Positions 27,775 to 35,950 of a stretch of 64,000 bases of DNA are shown here, in pieces; the first letter of the stretch is position 1; every line of letters begins with the position of its first letter. The stretch is from an uncultured Thermomicrobiales bacterium. Lineage in GTDB: Bacteria > Chloroflexota > Chloroflexia > Thermomicrobiales > UBA6265. A program made the position numbers and the translations under genes. The notes beneath the pieces were generated by a model. It was given only the letters and a program-made list of their open reading frames with translations, did not search any database and was not told the origin of the DNA. The stretch is taken from assembly GCA_902806345.1 (NCBI GenBank), contig CADCWF010000276.1, positions 596 to 64,595 on the forward strand, in the 5' to 3' direction.

Positions 27775-30657
27775 ATGACCAAATCCACGGCGTCGGTTCG
27801 AGACGGCGTGCTCACCTACCGTGACGGCGGGGAGGACCGCTCCATCGCGGTCGGCAGCGCCGTCTGGGAAGGCTGGCTCGATCAACCGGGGACGACCGCC
27901 TTTCGTTTCGAGTCCGGGGCAGGGCACTTCTCGGCCCGCCGGGAGTCGCAACGCGGCGGCCACTACTGGTACGCCTACCGTCGCCAGCACGGCCGGCTGC
28001 GCAAGGCGTACCTGGGCCGCTCCCGGGGGCTGACCCTGGAGCGGCTCGAAGCCGCCGCCTGTCGCACCTCCGCGCCGCTCGGCGGTGAAGCCCGCGAGAG
28101 CGTCGCGTCCGCCGTGGGGCCGAGCGCCGGCCGCGCCCACCACAACCTGCCGAGCGAGATCAGCTCGTTGTTCAGTCGTCAGGCCGAGATCGCCGACGTG
28201 CGGCGGGCACTCGCCGCGTCGCGCCTGGTGACCCTCACCGGCGCTGGTGGCATCGGCAAGACGCGGCTCGCCCTGCGTGTGGCGGCCGGGCTCCTCGAGG
28301 ATGAAGCCGACGCGGTCTGGCTGGTCGAACTGGCCGGGCTCAGCGACCCCGCGCTCGTGCCGCAGGCCATCGCCCAGGCCGTCGGCCTCCGCGACGTGCC
28401 GGGGCAGCCGCTGCTGGCGACGCTAACCGCCGGGCTCGGCATCGGGCGCACCCTCCTCCTGCTCGACAACTGCGAGCATCTGATCGAGGCGTGCGCCCTC
28501 GTGGCTGCCCATCTCCTTCGGACGTGTTCCAACCTGCGCGTGCTGGCGACCAGCCGCGAGCCGCTCGGGGTGGCGGGCGAACGCACCTGTCGCGTCCCGT
28601 CACTCGGACTCCCGCCCCCCGGCGAGACGACCGACCGGGAAGGTCTCGCCCGGTCGGCGGCCGTCCAGTTGTTCGTCGCCCGCGCCCAGGCAACACGACC
28701 CGACTTCGTCCTCACGGTCGAGCACGCGCCCGCGGTGGAGGAGGTTTGCCGCCAACTGGACGGCATTCCGCTGGCGATCGAACTCGCCGCCGCCCGGATG
28801 CGGGTCCTGGCCCCCGGCGAGCTCGCCGCCCGTCTCGACGACCGGCTGCGCCTGCTGGCCGGCGGCGACCGGGGCGGGCCGTCGCGCCACCGGACGCTGC
28901 GCGCCGCCATCGACTGGAGCTATGACCTCCTGACGGAGCCGGAGCGCCGCTGCTTCGAGCAGTTGTCGGTCTTCGCCGGCGGGTTCTCGCTGGAGGCCGC
29001 CGAAGCGGTCAGTGCCGACGGGGAGACCGAGGCCGTCCCGGTCCTCGACCTCCTCGCCCGACTGGTCGATCGCTCGCTGGTCGTGGCGGAGCTGCCCGAC
29101 GGCACCGAGCCGACCCGCTACCGCCTGCTGGAAACCCTTCGCCTCTACGCGGCCGAGCGCCTCGCCATGCGCGGCGGAACCGAGGCGGCGCGGGCCAGCC
29201 ACGCCGCCTGGGTGACCGCCCGGGCCGAGCAGGCGGTGGCTGCCTACCACGGCCCGGACCAGGGCCGCTGGTTGCGGTGGGCTGAGCGGGAGTGCGACAA
29301 CGCGCGGGCGGCCCTCGCCTGGGCGCTGGCGCGCGGGGAGGCCGATGTCGCGGTTCGGCTGGCGGCGGCGCTCTCCTGGCCCTGGCTGGTCCACCAGCGC
29401 TGGAGCGAGGGGCTTGACTGGGCACGGCGGGTGCTGGCGTTGCCGGCCTCAAAGCCGACCCGGCAGCGCGGCTGGCTGCTGGTCGGTGCCATTCAGTTCA
29501 TGGCCTTTCGCGGCGACCTGGCGTCGAACCGACCCGGGGGCGACCTCCAAGAAGCGCAGCGCCTTAATGAGGAGTGTCTGGCGATCGGCTCGGCGCTCGC
29601 CGACGGCGAGTTGCTTCTCGCCGGTCGCGGCATTGCACAGTTGCTGACCGAGTTTGGGATCGGGGTCGAGGGCGTGGCGGAACAACCCGAGGAGGACCTG
29701 CTCGCCGAGGCACGGCGAATCGGGATGCGCTGGGGCGAGCGCCGTGCGCTAGAAGCCCTCGCCCGCCGTGCCCTGCGGCGAGGCGACCTGTCCGCCGCCA
29801 AGACCCACCTGCGGGATGCAGTCGAGTCGGCACGGCAGGACGGCGATGGCTGGAGCCTCGCGATCGCCCTCAATGCCCTGGGCGATGTCGAACGGGCGGG
29901 GGGGACCGCGCGCCGCGCCCGGCCGCACTACGAGGAGAGCATGGCCGTCTTCGCCGACCTCGGCCTGGGCGAGCAGCCGTCGCTTGCCCACAACCTCGGC
30001 TACGTCGAGTTCGCCGCCGGCGATCCGGCCCGGGCCGCCGCCCACTTCCGGCAGGCGCTCGGCCAGTTCTGCCGCCTTGGCGAACGTCGGGGCATGGCCG
30101 AATGCTTGATCGGGCTCGGCGTCGTCGCGGTGGCCGAGCGTCAATTGGAGGATGCCGGACGGCTGGTCGGGGCGGGCGAGGCGGCGCTCGCGGCGCTGGG
30201 GATGCGCCCCTGGCCCGCGAACCGTCTCGAGGTCGACCGATCGCTGGCCCGGGCAAAGGCGAGCCGGTCGGGCGTCGTGTTTGCCGCAGCGCGGGCCGAG
30301 GGGTGCGTGCTCCCGCTGGAGCGGGCCGTCGCCTCGGCCCTCGCCGAATCTCGGGCCGACGCGCCGCCCGCCCGCCCGGGCGCATCGGGTCATTGGCTCA
30401 CCCCGCGCGAACGGGAGGTCGCCCAACTTGCCGCCCAAGGCTTGACCAATCGCGAGATCGGGGTGGCGCTCGGCGTCGCCGTGAAGACCGCCGCCAACCA
30501 CCTCCAACGCGTGCTTGAGAAGCTCGACCTCCGGACCCGGACTCAGCTCGCCGCCCACGCCGACGCCCTCGGACTCTTCGCGCTCGACTCCTCGTCGTCC
30601 CGGCCAGCCGGCACCACCCCCCGCGACACCTCCCGTCCCCGAACCGACCACGCTTGA
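27775..30657 (+). CDS. LuxR-family transcriptional regulator with P-loop ATPase and TPR-like repeats (MalT/STAND class)
   Basis: ATG at 27775 within track ORF 26848..30657. Walker A GAGGIGKTRLA. C-terminal LuxR HTH LTPREREVAQLAAQGLTNREIGVALGVAVKTAANHLQRVLEKL. Confidence 0.85.
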   Translation: MTKSTASVRDGVLTYRDGGEDRSIAVGSAVWEGWLDQPGTTAFRFESGAGHFSARRESQRGGHYWYAYRRQHGRLRKAYLGRSRGLTLERLEAAACRTSAPLGGEARESVASAVGPSAGRAHHNLPSEISSLFSRQAEIADVRRALAASRLVTLTGAGGIGKTRLALRVAAGLLEDEADAVWLVELAGLSDPALVPQAIAQAVGLRDVPGQPLLATLTAGLGIGRTLLLLDNCEHLIEACALVAAHLLRTCSNLRVLATSREPLGVAGERTCRVPSLGLPPPGETTDREGLARSAAVQLFVARAQATRPDFVLTVEHAPAVEEVCRQLDGIPLAIELAAARMRVLAPGELAARLDDRLRLLAGGDRGGPSRHRTLRAAIDWSYDLLTEPERRCFEQLSVFAGGFSLEAAEAVSADGETEAVPVLDLLARLVDRSLVVAELPDGTEPTRYRLLETLRLYAAERLAMRGGTEAARASHAAWVTARAEQAVAAYHGPDQGRWLRWAERECDNARAALAWALARGEADVAVRLAAALSWPWLVHQRWSEGLDWARRVLALPASKPTRQRGWLLVGAIQFMAFRGDLASNRPGGDLQEAQRLNEECLAIGSALADGELLLAGRGIAQLLTEFGIGVEGVAEQPEEDLLAEARRIGMRWGERRALEALARRALRRGDLSAAKTHLRDAVESARQDGDGWSLAIALNALGDVERAGGTARRARPHYEESMAVFADLGLGEQPSLAHNLGYVEFAAGDPARAAAHFRQALGQFCRLGERRGMAECLIGLGVVAVAERQLEDAGRLVGAGEAALAALGMRPWPANRLEVDRSLARAKASRSGVVFAAARAEGCVLPLERAVASALAESRADAPPARPGASGHWLTPREREVAQLAAQGLTNREIGVALGVAVKTAANHLQRVLEKLDLRTRTQLAAHADALGLFALDSSSSRPAGTTPRDTSRPRTDHA

Positions 30658-30951
30658 CACGCCAGGTCGTAGTCCGACAATGCGACCCATGTGCGAGACG
30701 CCGACCGACGTAGGCATCGCTCGGAGGGCTAGCTGCGGCTTTCTTGCCGCGACAGTCGGGACTCGTATGGGACCTGGCCGAACTCTCGTGGCAAGTCCGA
30801 GCAACGTCGCCCCGCCCTGCACGAGGGGAAAGGGTTTGGGGAGGGGGCAGTTGACCGGGCAACCGCGGGGTTCATCGGCCGGAGGCGGGCGGGCGGCGGA
30901 CTCCGCGTCCCCGGCGACCGGCGACCTTCGAGAGGGGGGAGGGAGCGGCGG

Positions 30952-32109
30952 ATGGCCTACCGGGTGCGCGCGATCGTCGTCGGGCCGGGCTACATCGGGC
31001 CGGTCCACGTCGACGCGCTGCGGCGCAACGGCGTCGATGTCGTCGGCCTGGTCGGCTCCGGGTCGGACGCGGGGCTGGCGCGGGCCGAGGCGCTAGGCGT
31101 CACCGCCTATGCGTCGCTGACCGACGCGCTCGCCGCCGGGCCGGTCGACTGCGTCCACATCGCGACGCCCAACTACCTCCACGCCCCCCTCGCCCGGGAG
31201 GCGATCGAGGCCGGCAAGCACGTCGTCTGCGAGAAGCCGCTGGCGATGGACGCCGCCGAGGGGGAAGAGCTGCTGGCGCAGGCCGAGGCGGCCGGGGTGG
31301 TCCACGCGGTCAACTTCAACTTCCGCTTCTATGCCCTGCCGCGCCAGGCCAAGGCGATGGTCGAGGCGGGCGAGCTCGGCCCGGTGTCGCTGATCCACGG
31401 CGGCTACCTCCAGGACTGGCTGCTCCTGCCGACCGACTGGAACTGGCGGCTCGACCCCGACCTCGGCGGCGGCCTCCGCGCCGTCGCCGACATCGGCTCC
31501 CACTGGCTCGATCTGATGGGCTTCGTCACGGGCCAACAGCCGGTCGCCGTCTGTGCCGACCTGGCGACCGTCGTCCCGGTCCGCCAGAAGCCCCGGCGGG
31601 CGGTGGAGACCTTCGCCGGCAAGGATGCCGAGGCGGGCGCGGGACCGGCGGACGCGGAGGACCGTCCGATCCGGACCGAGGACTACGCCGGCGTGCTCCT
31701 CCACTGGGATGGCGGCGCCCGCGGCGCGATGACCGTCTCGCAGGTCAGCCCCGGTCGCAAGAACCGGCTCTGGTTCGAGATCGACGGCGCCAGGGCGGCG
31801 GCAGCCTGGGACGCCGAGCGGGGCGAGGAGCTCTGGATCGGGCGGCGGGACGGGCCGAACGTGCTGCTCCAGCGCGACCCTTCGCTGCTCGCGCCCCAGG
31901 CACGGGCCGTCTCGGCCGCACCGGGCGGCCACGCCGAGGGGTACGTCGAGACCCACCGGGCGCTCTTCGCCGCCGTCTACCGGGCGATCGCCGCCGGCGG
32001 TTCGCCGGACCATCTGGACTACCCGACCTTCGGTGACGGCCTGCGCTCCCTGCGCCTGGGCGAGGCGATCGCCCGCTCGGCGGCCGAGGGGCGGTGGATC
32101 GGGTTGTGA
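30952..32109 (+). CDS. Gfo/Idh/MocA family oxidoreductase
   Basis: N-terminal Rossmann fold VRAIVVGPGYIGPVHVDAL and the EKP motif HVVCEKPLA. Confidence 0.85.
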   Translation: MAYRVRAIVVGPGYIGPVHVDALRRNGVDVVGLVGSGSDAGLARAEALGVTAYASLTDALAAGPVDCVHIATPNYLHAPLAREAIEAGKHVVCEKPLAMDAAEGEELLAQAEAAGVVHAVNFNFRFYALPRQAKAMVEAGELGPVSLIHGGYLQDWLLLPTDWNWRLDPDLGGGLRAVADIGSHWLDLMGFVTGQQPVAVCADLATVVPVRQKPRRAVETFAGKDAEAGAGPADAEDRPIRTEDYAGVLLHWDGGARGAMTVSQVSPGRKNRLWFEIDGARAAAAWDAERGEELWIGRRDGPNVLLQRDPSLLAPQARAVSAAPGGHAEGYVETHRALFAAVYRAIAAGGSPDHLDYPTFGDGLRSLRLGEAIARSAAEGRWIGL

Positions 32110-32217
32110 GACGAGGAGACGAGGAGACGAGGAGACGAGCGAGCGCGGCGGTCTCCCCTCCCCCGCGCTCGGTCAGCGGGCACCGGTATCAGGGAGGAAG
32201 CGGCTGGCGGATGCCTC

Positions 32218-32390
32218 GCCCTCACCCCCCCGCCCCCTCTCCCGCTGCGGCAGGAGAGGGGGAGACTCGCCCGCGTCCGTGGCGCCCCCTCCCCCCTGCC
32301 GGCGCGACCCTGGGGGAGGAGAATCGGCCAGGAACGCCAACGGCTCCCCCTCTCCTGCTACGGCAGGAGAGGGGGTCGGGGGATGAGGGC
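32218..32390. repeat. Inverted pair of GGGAGAGGGGG-family REP elements forming a 173-bp composite palindrome
   Basis: Copy at 32218-32262 (tail gccctcaccccc, stem ccccctctcc/ggagaggggg) and copy at 32346-32390 (same stem, tail tcgggggatgagggc) are in opposite orientation with near-identical loops (cgctgcggca / tgctacggca). Confidence 0.75.
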
Positions 32391-32552
32391 GCGGCGCCGA
32401 CGGACCGATCTGTTTCGGACTCGATCCCTTATCAGCCGCGTTCGGAAGCCCCCGAGTCGGAGGGCCGGGGGGAGGGTGCCGCCGGTCGGGAACGCCCGCG
32501 GCCCGCGGCGGCCATAGATTCCCTCGCGACGACCAACCCGACCACGCCCCGC

Positions 32553-33512
32553 GTGCCGTGGACGGTCGGGGTCGATCTTGGTGGGACGTTCATGAAGCTG
32601 GCGCTGCTCGATCCCGAGGGGCGGATCGCGGCACACGAGCGGATGCCAACGGCCGGCTTCGAGGGGCACCGCGCCGTGCTGGCGCGGATGGCGGAGGCGG
32701 TGCGGCGCCTGGTGGAGCAGGTGCCGGGGGGGGAGGTCGGCGGGGTCGGGGTCGGTGTGCCGGGGATGGTCGAGATGGCGAGCGGGGTGACGGGCGACCT
32801 GCCGAACCTGCCTGGGCGCTGGCAAGGGGTCGCGGTCGGGCCGGAGCTGGCCGCGGCGACCGGGCTGCCGGTCCACCTCATCAACGACGCCCGCGCCTTC
32901 GCCCTGGCCGAAGCCCGCCTCGGGGCCGCCCGCGGCGCCGAGACCGCGCTCTGCGTCACGGTCGGGACCGGCATCGGCGGCGCGGTCATCGCCTTCGGCC
33001 GGGTGCTCTTCGGGCTCGGCGGCGCCGCGGGGGAGGTCGGCCACCTGATCGTGCAGCCGGGCGGGGTGGTCTGCACCTGCGGCAACCGCGGCTGCGTCGA
33101 GCCGCTGGCGACCGGGCCAGCCATCGCCGCCGAGGCGGTGCGGCGGGTCGTCCAGGGGTTTTCCACCCGGCTGTTCGAGCGCGCCGAGGGCGACCTCGAC
33201 GCGATCACGCCGGAGTTGGTCGATCAGGCCGCCGAAGCGGGCGATGCGGTGGCGGCCGAGGTGCTCGAGGACGCCGGACGGTGGCTCGGCCTGGCGCTGG
33301 CCGGGGCGATCGCAACCCTGGCACCGGAGGTGGTCGTGATCGGCGGCGGCGTCGCCCGCCCCGGCGGGGTCTACTGGCGCTCGGCCGAGGCGACGGCGCG
33401 GGGCCACGTCCACGTCATGGCGATCGACGAGGTCCGCTTCCTCCCGGCCGCCCTCGGCTACGACGCCGGGGTCGTCGGCGCCGCCCTCTGGGGGCGGGGC
33501 CGGGCAGCCTGA
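32553..33512 (+). CDS. ROK family sugar kinase (glucokinase-like)
   Basis: In-frame GTG at 32553 gives VPWTVGVDLGGTFMKLALLD (ATP-binding DxGGT). ROK zinc motif GHLIVQPGGVVCTCGNRGCVE. The upstream 150 aa of the track ORF cover REP repeats and are not coding. Confidence 0.85.
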   Translation: MPWTVGVDLGGTFMKLALLDPEGRIAAHERMPTAGFEGHRAVLARMAEAVRRLVEQVPGGEVGGVGVGVPGMVEMASGVTGDLPNLPGRWQGVAVGPELAAATGLPVHLINDARAFALAEARLGAARGAETALCVTVGTGIGGAVIAFGRVLFGLGGAAGEVGHLIVQPGGVVCTCGNRGCVEPLATGPAIAAEAVRRVVQGFSTRLFERAEGDLDAITPELVDQAAEAGDAVAAEVLEDAGRWLGLALAGAIATLAPEVVVIGGGVARPGGVYWRSAEATARGHVHVMAIDEVRFLPAALGYDAGVVGAALWGRGRAA

Positions 33513-33537
33513 ACGATAGGCTGACATGGTGGATTAG

Positions 33538-34197
33538 AACGCCGTTCAGAACTGGGCGGGGGGTGCGATCCTCGGGGGATGGCTCCCCCACTCGTGCCCG
33601 ACGCTCCGTGGGAGGCGGTCGCCCCGTCGCCGCCCCCGCCCCCGGAGCCGAGGGGCAGCCGGCCCCGGGTCCCCAACCGCGCCGCCATCGGCGGCATCCT
33701 CGCGGAAGGGGGGCGAGCCGACCGGCCCGACCCCGGCAGACCGCGGCAAGCCCGGCGCCGAGCGCCACCTGCCGGGCGACGGCCCGGCGACGTCCCTGGC
33801 CGTCGCCGGGTCCACGGCGAACGCCCCCGACTCCAAGCTCCCGGAGGAGCTAGTCGACGCCGTGCCCCCGACCAGACGCCCGAGCGGGCAGCGCCGGGAG
33901 CGGCCCGGCAAGGCGCATGCCGACACCGGCCACGACTCCCCCAGGTGCCGGCGGCCCTCCGCAGGGGGCGCATCGCCCCCCCGCACCGCCCGCCGCGGGG
34001 TCGAGCGCTCCGACCACCCGGGCCGCCGCCGCCAGGTGGTCGAGCGGACCCTCGCTCGGCTCGGCCGCCCCCGGCGGCTCGCGATCCGCTCCGAGCGGCG
34101 GGCCGACATCCACCAGTGCTTGCCCCTCCTCGCCTGCCCGCCGATCCGCCTCCGCCGCCTCGAGGGGCGGTTTCGAACGGCGCTGCTTAGCCGATGA
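33538..34197 (+). mobile_element. Decayed IS5-family (IS427-like group) insertion sequence relic with terminal inverted repeats
   Basis: N-terminal MAPPLVPDAPWEAV...GSRPRVPNRAAIGGIL (from 33579) and, in another frame, GPTPADRGKPGAERH...KAHADTGHDSPRCRR...VVERTLARLGRPRRLAIRSERRADIH resemble DDE transposases of this group. About 60 central residues are missing and catalytic-region substitutions are present. TIR aacgccgttcagaac (33538-33552) matches the reverse complement of 34170-34184 at 13/15 positions. Confidence 0.7.
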
Positions 34198-34567
34198 TCT
34201 TCCAGTACGAGTCCTTGCGGGCGATCAAGCCGTCCCGGAACTCCCAGTGGTCGCACCCGCGCACCGCTACCCGCTCGCCCGCCATCGTGGTGCCGGTCAG
34301 CAGCCACTCCGAGACCCCGCGGTCCGCGCACACCCAGTGCCGGTCGTCGGAGTAGCGGACGTCGGGGATGCCCGCGAAGCGCGCGGCCAGGCCCTCGCGC
34401 ACGGCTGCCTTGCCCACGTAGCGGCTCCCCCACGGGTCCGCTCCCCGCGGGGTGTCGAGCGTGGCGTCCTCGGCGAAGAAGGCCATGATCGCGTCCAGGT
34501 CGTGGCGGTTGAACGCGTCCAGGACTTGCTCCAACACGACGACGGTGACCGCTTGTGTGCCTGACAT
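34187..34567 (-). CDS. SnoaL-like / NTF2-superfamily protein
   Basis: ATG at 34567 follows GGGAG. MSGTQAVTVVVLEQVLDAFNRHDLDAIMAFFAEDA is typical of SnoaL_2. Its last codons overlap the right end of the IS relic. Confidence 0.7.
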   Translation of the reverse strand: MSGTQAVTVVVLEQVLDAFNRHDLDAIMAFFAEDATLDTPRGADPWGSRYVGKAAVREGLAARFAGIPDVRYSDDRHWVCADRGVSEWLLTGTTMAGERVAVRGCDHWEFRDGLIARKDSYWKIIG

Positions 34568-34667
34568 GTCGTCTCCCATCCACGAATCCGACCGTGCCTG
34601 GACCTGCGCCCATCGTCTGGGTCGTGAAGCCGCCGTCAAGCCCGGGCAACCAGCTTGCGGGAACGTC

Positions 34668-35570
34668 CTAGCTGCCCGCCGCCAGTTGCTCCTGCTCGGC
34701 CGATCGCGGCGGACTGGCCAACTCGCCGCCTCCGAAGTGATCGAAGATGAGGCGGGAGACGCGGCCGATGACTCGCCCCCCCTCGTTCTCTGCCCAGAAG
34801 CGGGTGTCGGGATCGCCCTCGGTGACGACGGCAATGACGTAGCGAGTGCCGGGCCATTCCACCAGGGCCACGTCGGCCCGCATCCCCGTCCAGCCCCCCG
34901 TCTTGTTGGCGATCCGGAGGCCGTTGTCGGGCTCGCCCAGCTCCTCCCGGTAGGGGCTGTAGGGCAGATAGCGCGGCACCAGATCGAGATAGTGCTGGCG
35001 GCCCATGATCTCCAGGATTGCCGCTCGGCTCGCCTCGCCCAGGATCGTCCCGGTTGCCAGCGCCTCCATGATCCCGGCCAGCTCGGCCGGAGCCGAGACC
35101 GCCAGGTTGCGGGGGTCCGGGCCGATCGCCGGGAAATCGATCCGCTGCTTCAGCCGCGTCCGGGGGAAGCCGAACTCCGCCATCGTCCGGTTGACCCGCT
35201 CCAGACCGACCAGGTCGATCAGGGCGTTCGTCGAGACGTTGTCGCTGACGACGATCATCAGGGTGGCATGGTCGAGGACGGACAGCTCGATCCCGTCCGA
35301 GAGTTCGCGGAGGATGCCGGAGCCGACGGTGCGGATCGCCTCGCTGAGCGGCAGTTTCGCCCCGAGGTCGACCTCGCCGGCCTCGACCTGGCGGAACAGC
35401 TCGATCAGGATCGGCACCTTGATCGTGCTCGCGGTCGCGGTCTCGGCGTCGGCGTTGACCCGGATCTCCTCGCCCGTGCCGAGGTGCTTGGCGGCGACGC
35501 CGCCGGTACCGGCGAAGGTGGCGAATTCTCGTCCGATCGCGGCGATGGTTGCCGCCGGATCCGCTGGCAT
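34668..35570 (-). CDS. Class A beta-lactamase-related serine hydrolase (no signal peptide)
   Basis: SxxK (ASTIKV), SDN (VVSDNVS) and KTG (ANKTGGW) motifs at the expected spacing. Confidence 0.75.
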   Translation of the reverse strand: MPADPAATIAAIGREFATFAGTGGVAAKHLGTGEEIRVNADAETATASTIKVPILIELFRQVEAGEVDLGAKLPLSEAIRTVGSGILRELSDGIELSVLDHATLMIVVSDNVSTNALIDLVGLERVNRTMAEFGFPRTRLKQRIDFPAIGPDPRNLAVSAPAELAGIMEALATGTILGEASRAAILEIMGRQHYLDLVPRYLPYSPYREELGEPDNGLRIANKTGGWTGMRADVALVEWPGTRYVIAVVTEGDPDTRFWAENEGGRVIGRVSRLIFDHFGGGELASPPRSAEQEQLAAGS

Positions 35571-35779
35571 CCCGTTCCCTCCTCGCGCCCGACTGCGGCC
35601 TCGCCCTGGCTTCGGCGCAGCCTACCCCGCCTCCGTCGCTGGGCCAACTGCCACCCGAAGCAAGGAGGCGGCGGGGGAACATTCCTGGCATCCGACGGCT
35701 GAGCGTCACGCCTGCCGCCACGTACCCCCGGTTAGGTGAGCGCGCTCGGCTCGCCCTCGGCGAGGCAGGGCACTCGTCG

Positions 35780-35803
35780 GCGTTATGCACGGACGTGCAT
35801 AAC
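35780..35803. promoter_or_regulatory. 24-bp perfect palindrome upstream of the formate dehydrogenase operon (candidate operator)
   Basis: cgttatgcacg-ga-cgtgcataacg. About 40 bp upstream of a TTGACG-N17-TAGGCT promoter-like pair. Confidence 0.45.
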
Positions 35804-35840
35804 GGTCCTGAACCCGCGCTTTGTTCGGTGGCAAGCGGTC

Positions 35841-35869
35841 TTGACGCCGCCCGACGCCGGCACTAGGCT
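35841..35869 (+). promoter_or_regulatory. Putative promoter of the fdn-like operon
   Basis: TTGACG (35841-35846), N17, TAGGCT (35864-35869), about 80 nt before the ATG at 35951. Confidence 0.3.
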
Positions 35870-35950
35870 GCCGCACACCAGCGGGCGGTCAGGCCTGCCC
35901 TCCCCCAGAGTTCGGGCGCCGGCGAGCGCGCGGCGCCCCCGGAGGTACCC

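Noticed and set aside
32094-32552. A 150-aa N-terminal extension of the ROK kinase ORF.
   Set aside because: The extension is translated REP elements and low-complexity sequence. The conserved DxGGT N-terminus begins at the in-frame GTG at 32553.
34668-35570. A class A beta-lactamase-like gene as an antibiotic-resistance determinant.
   Set aside because: The motifs are present, but there is no signal peptide and no mobile context that includes it. It is more likely a cytosolic serine hydrolase of the family. Resistance cannot be inferred.
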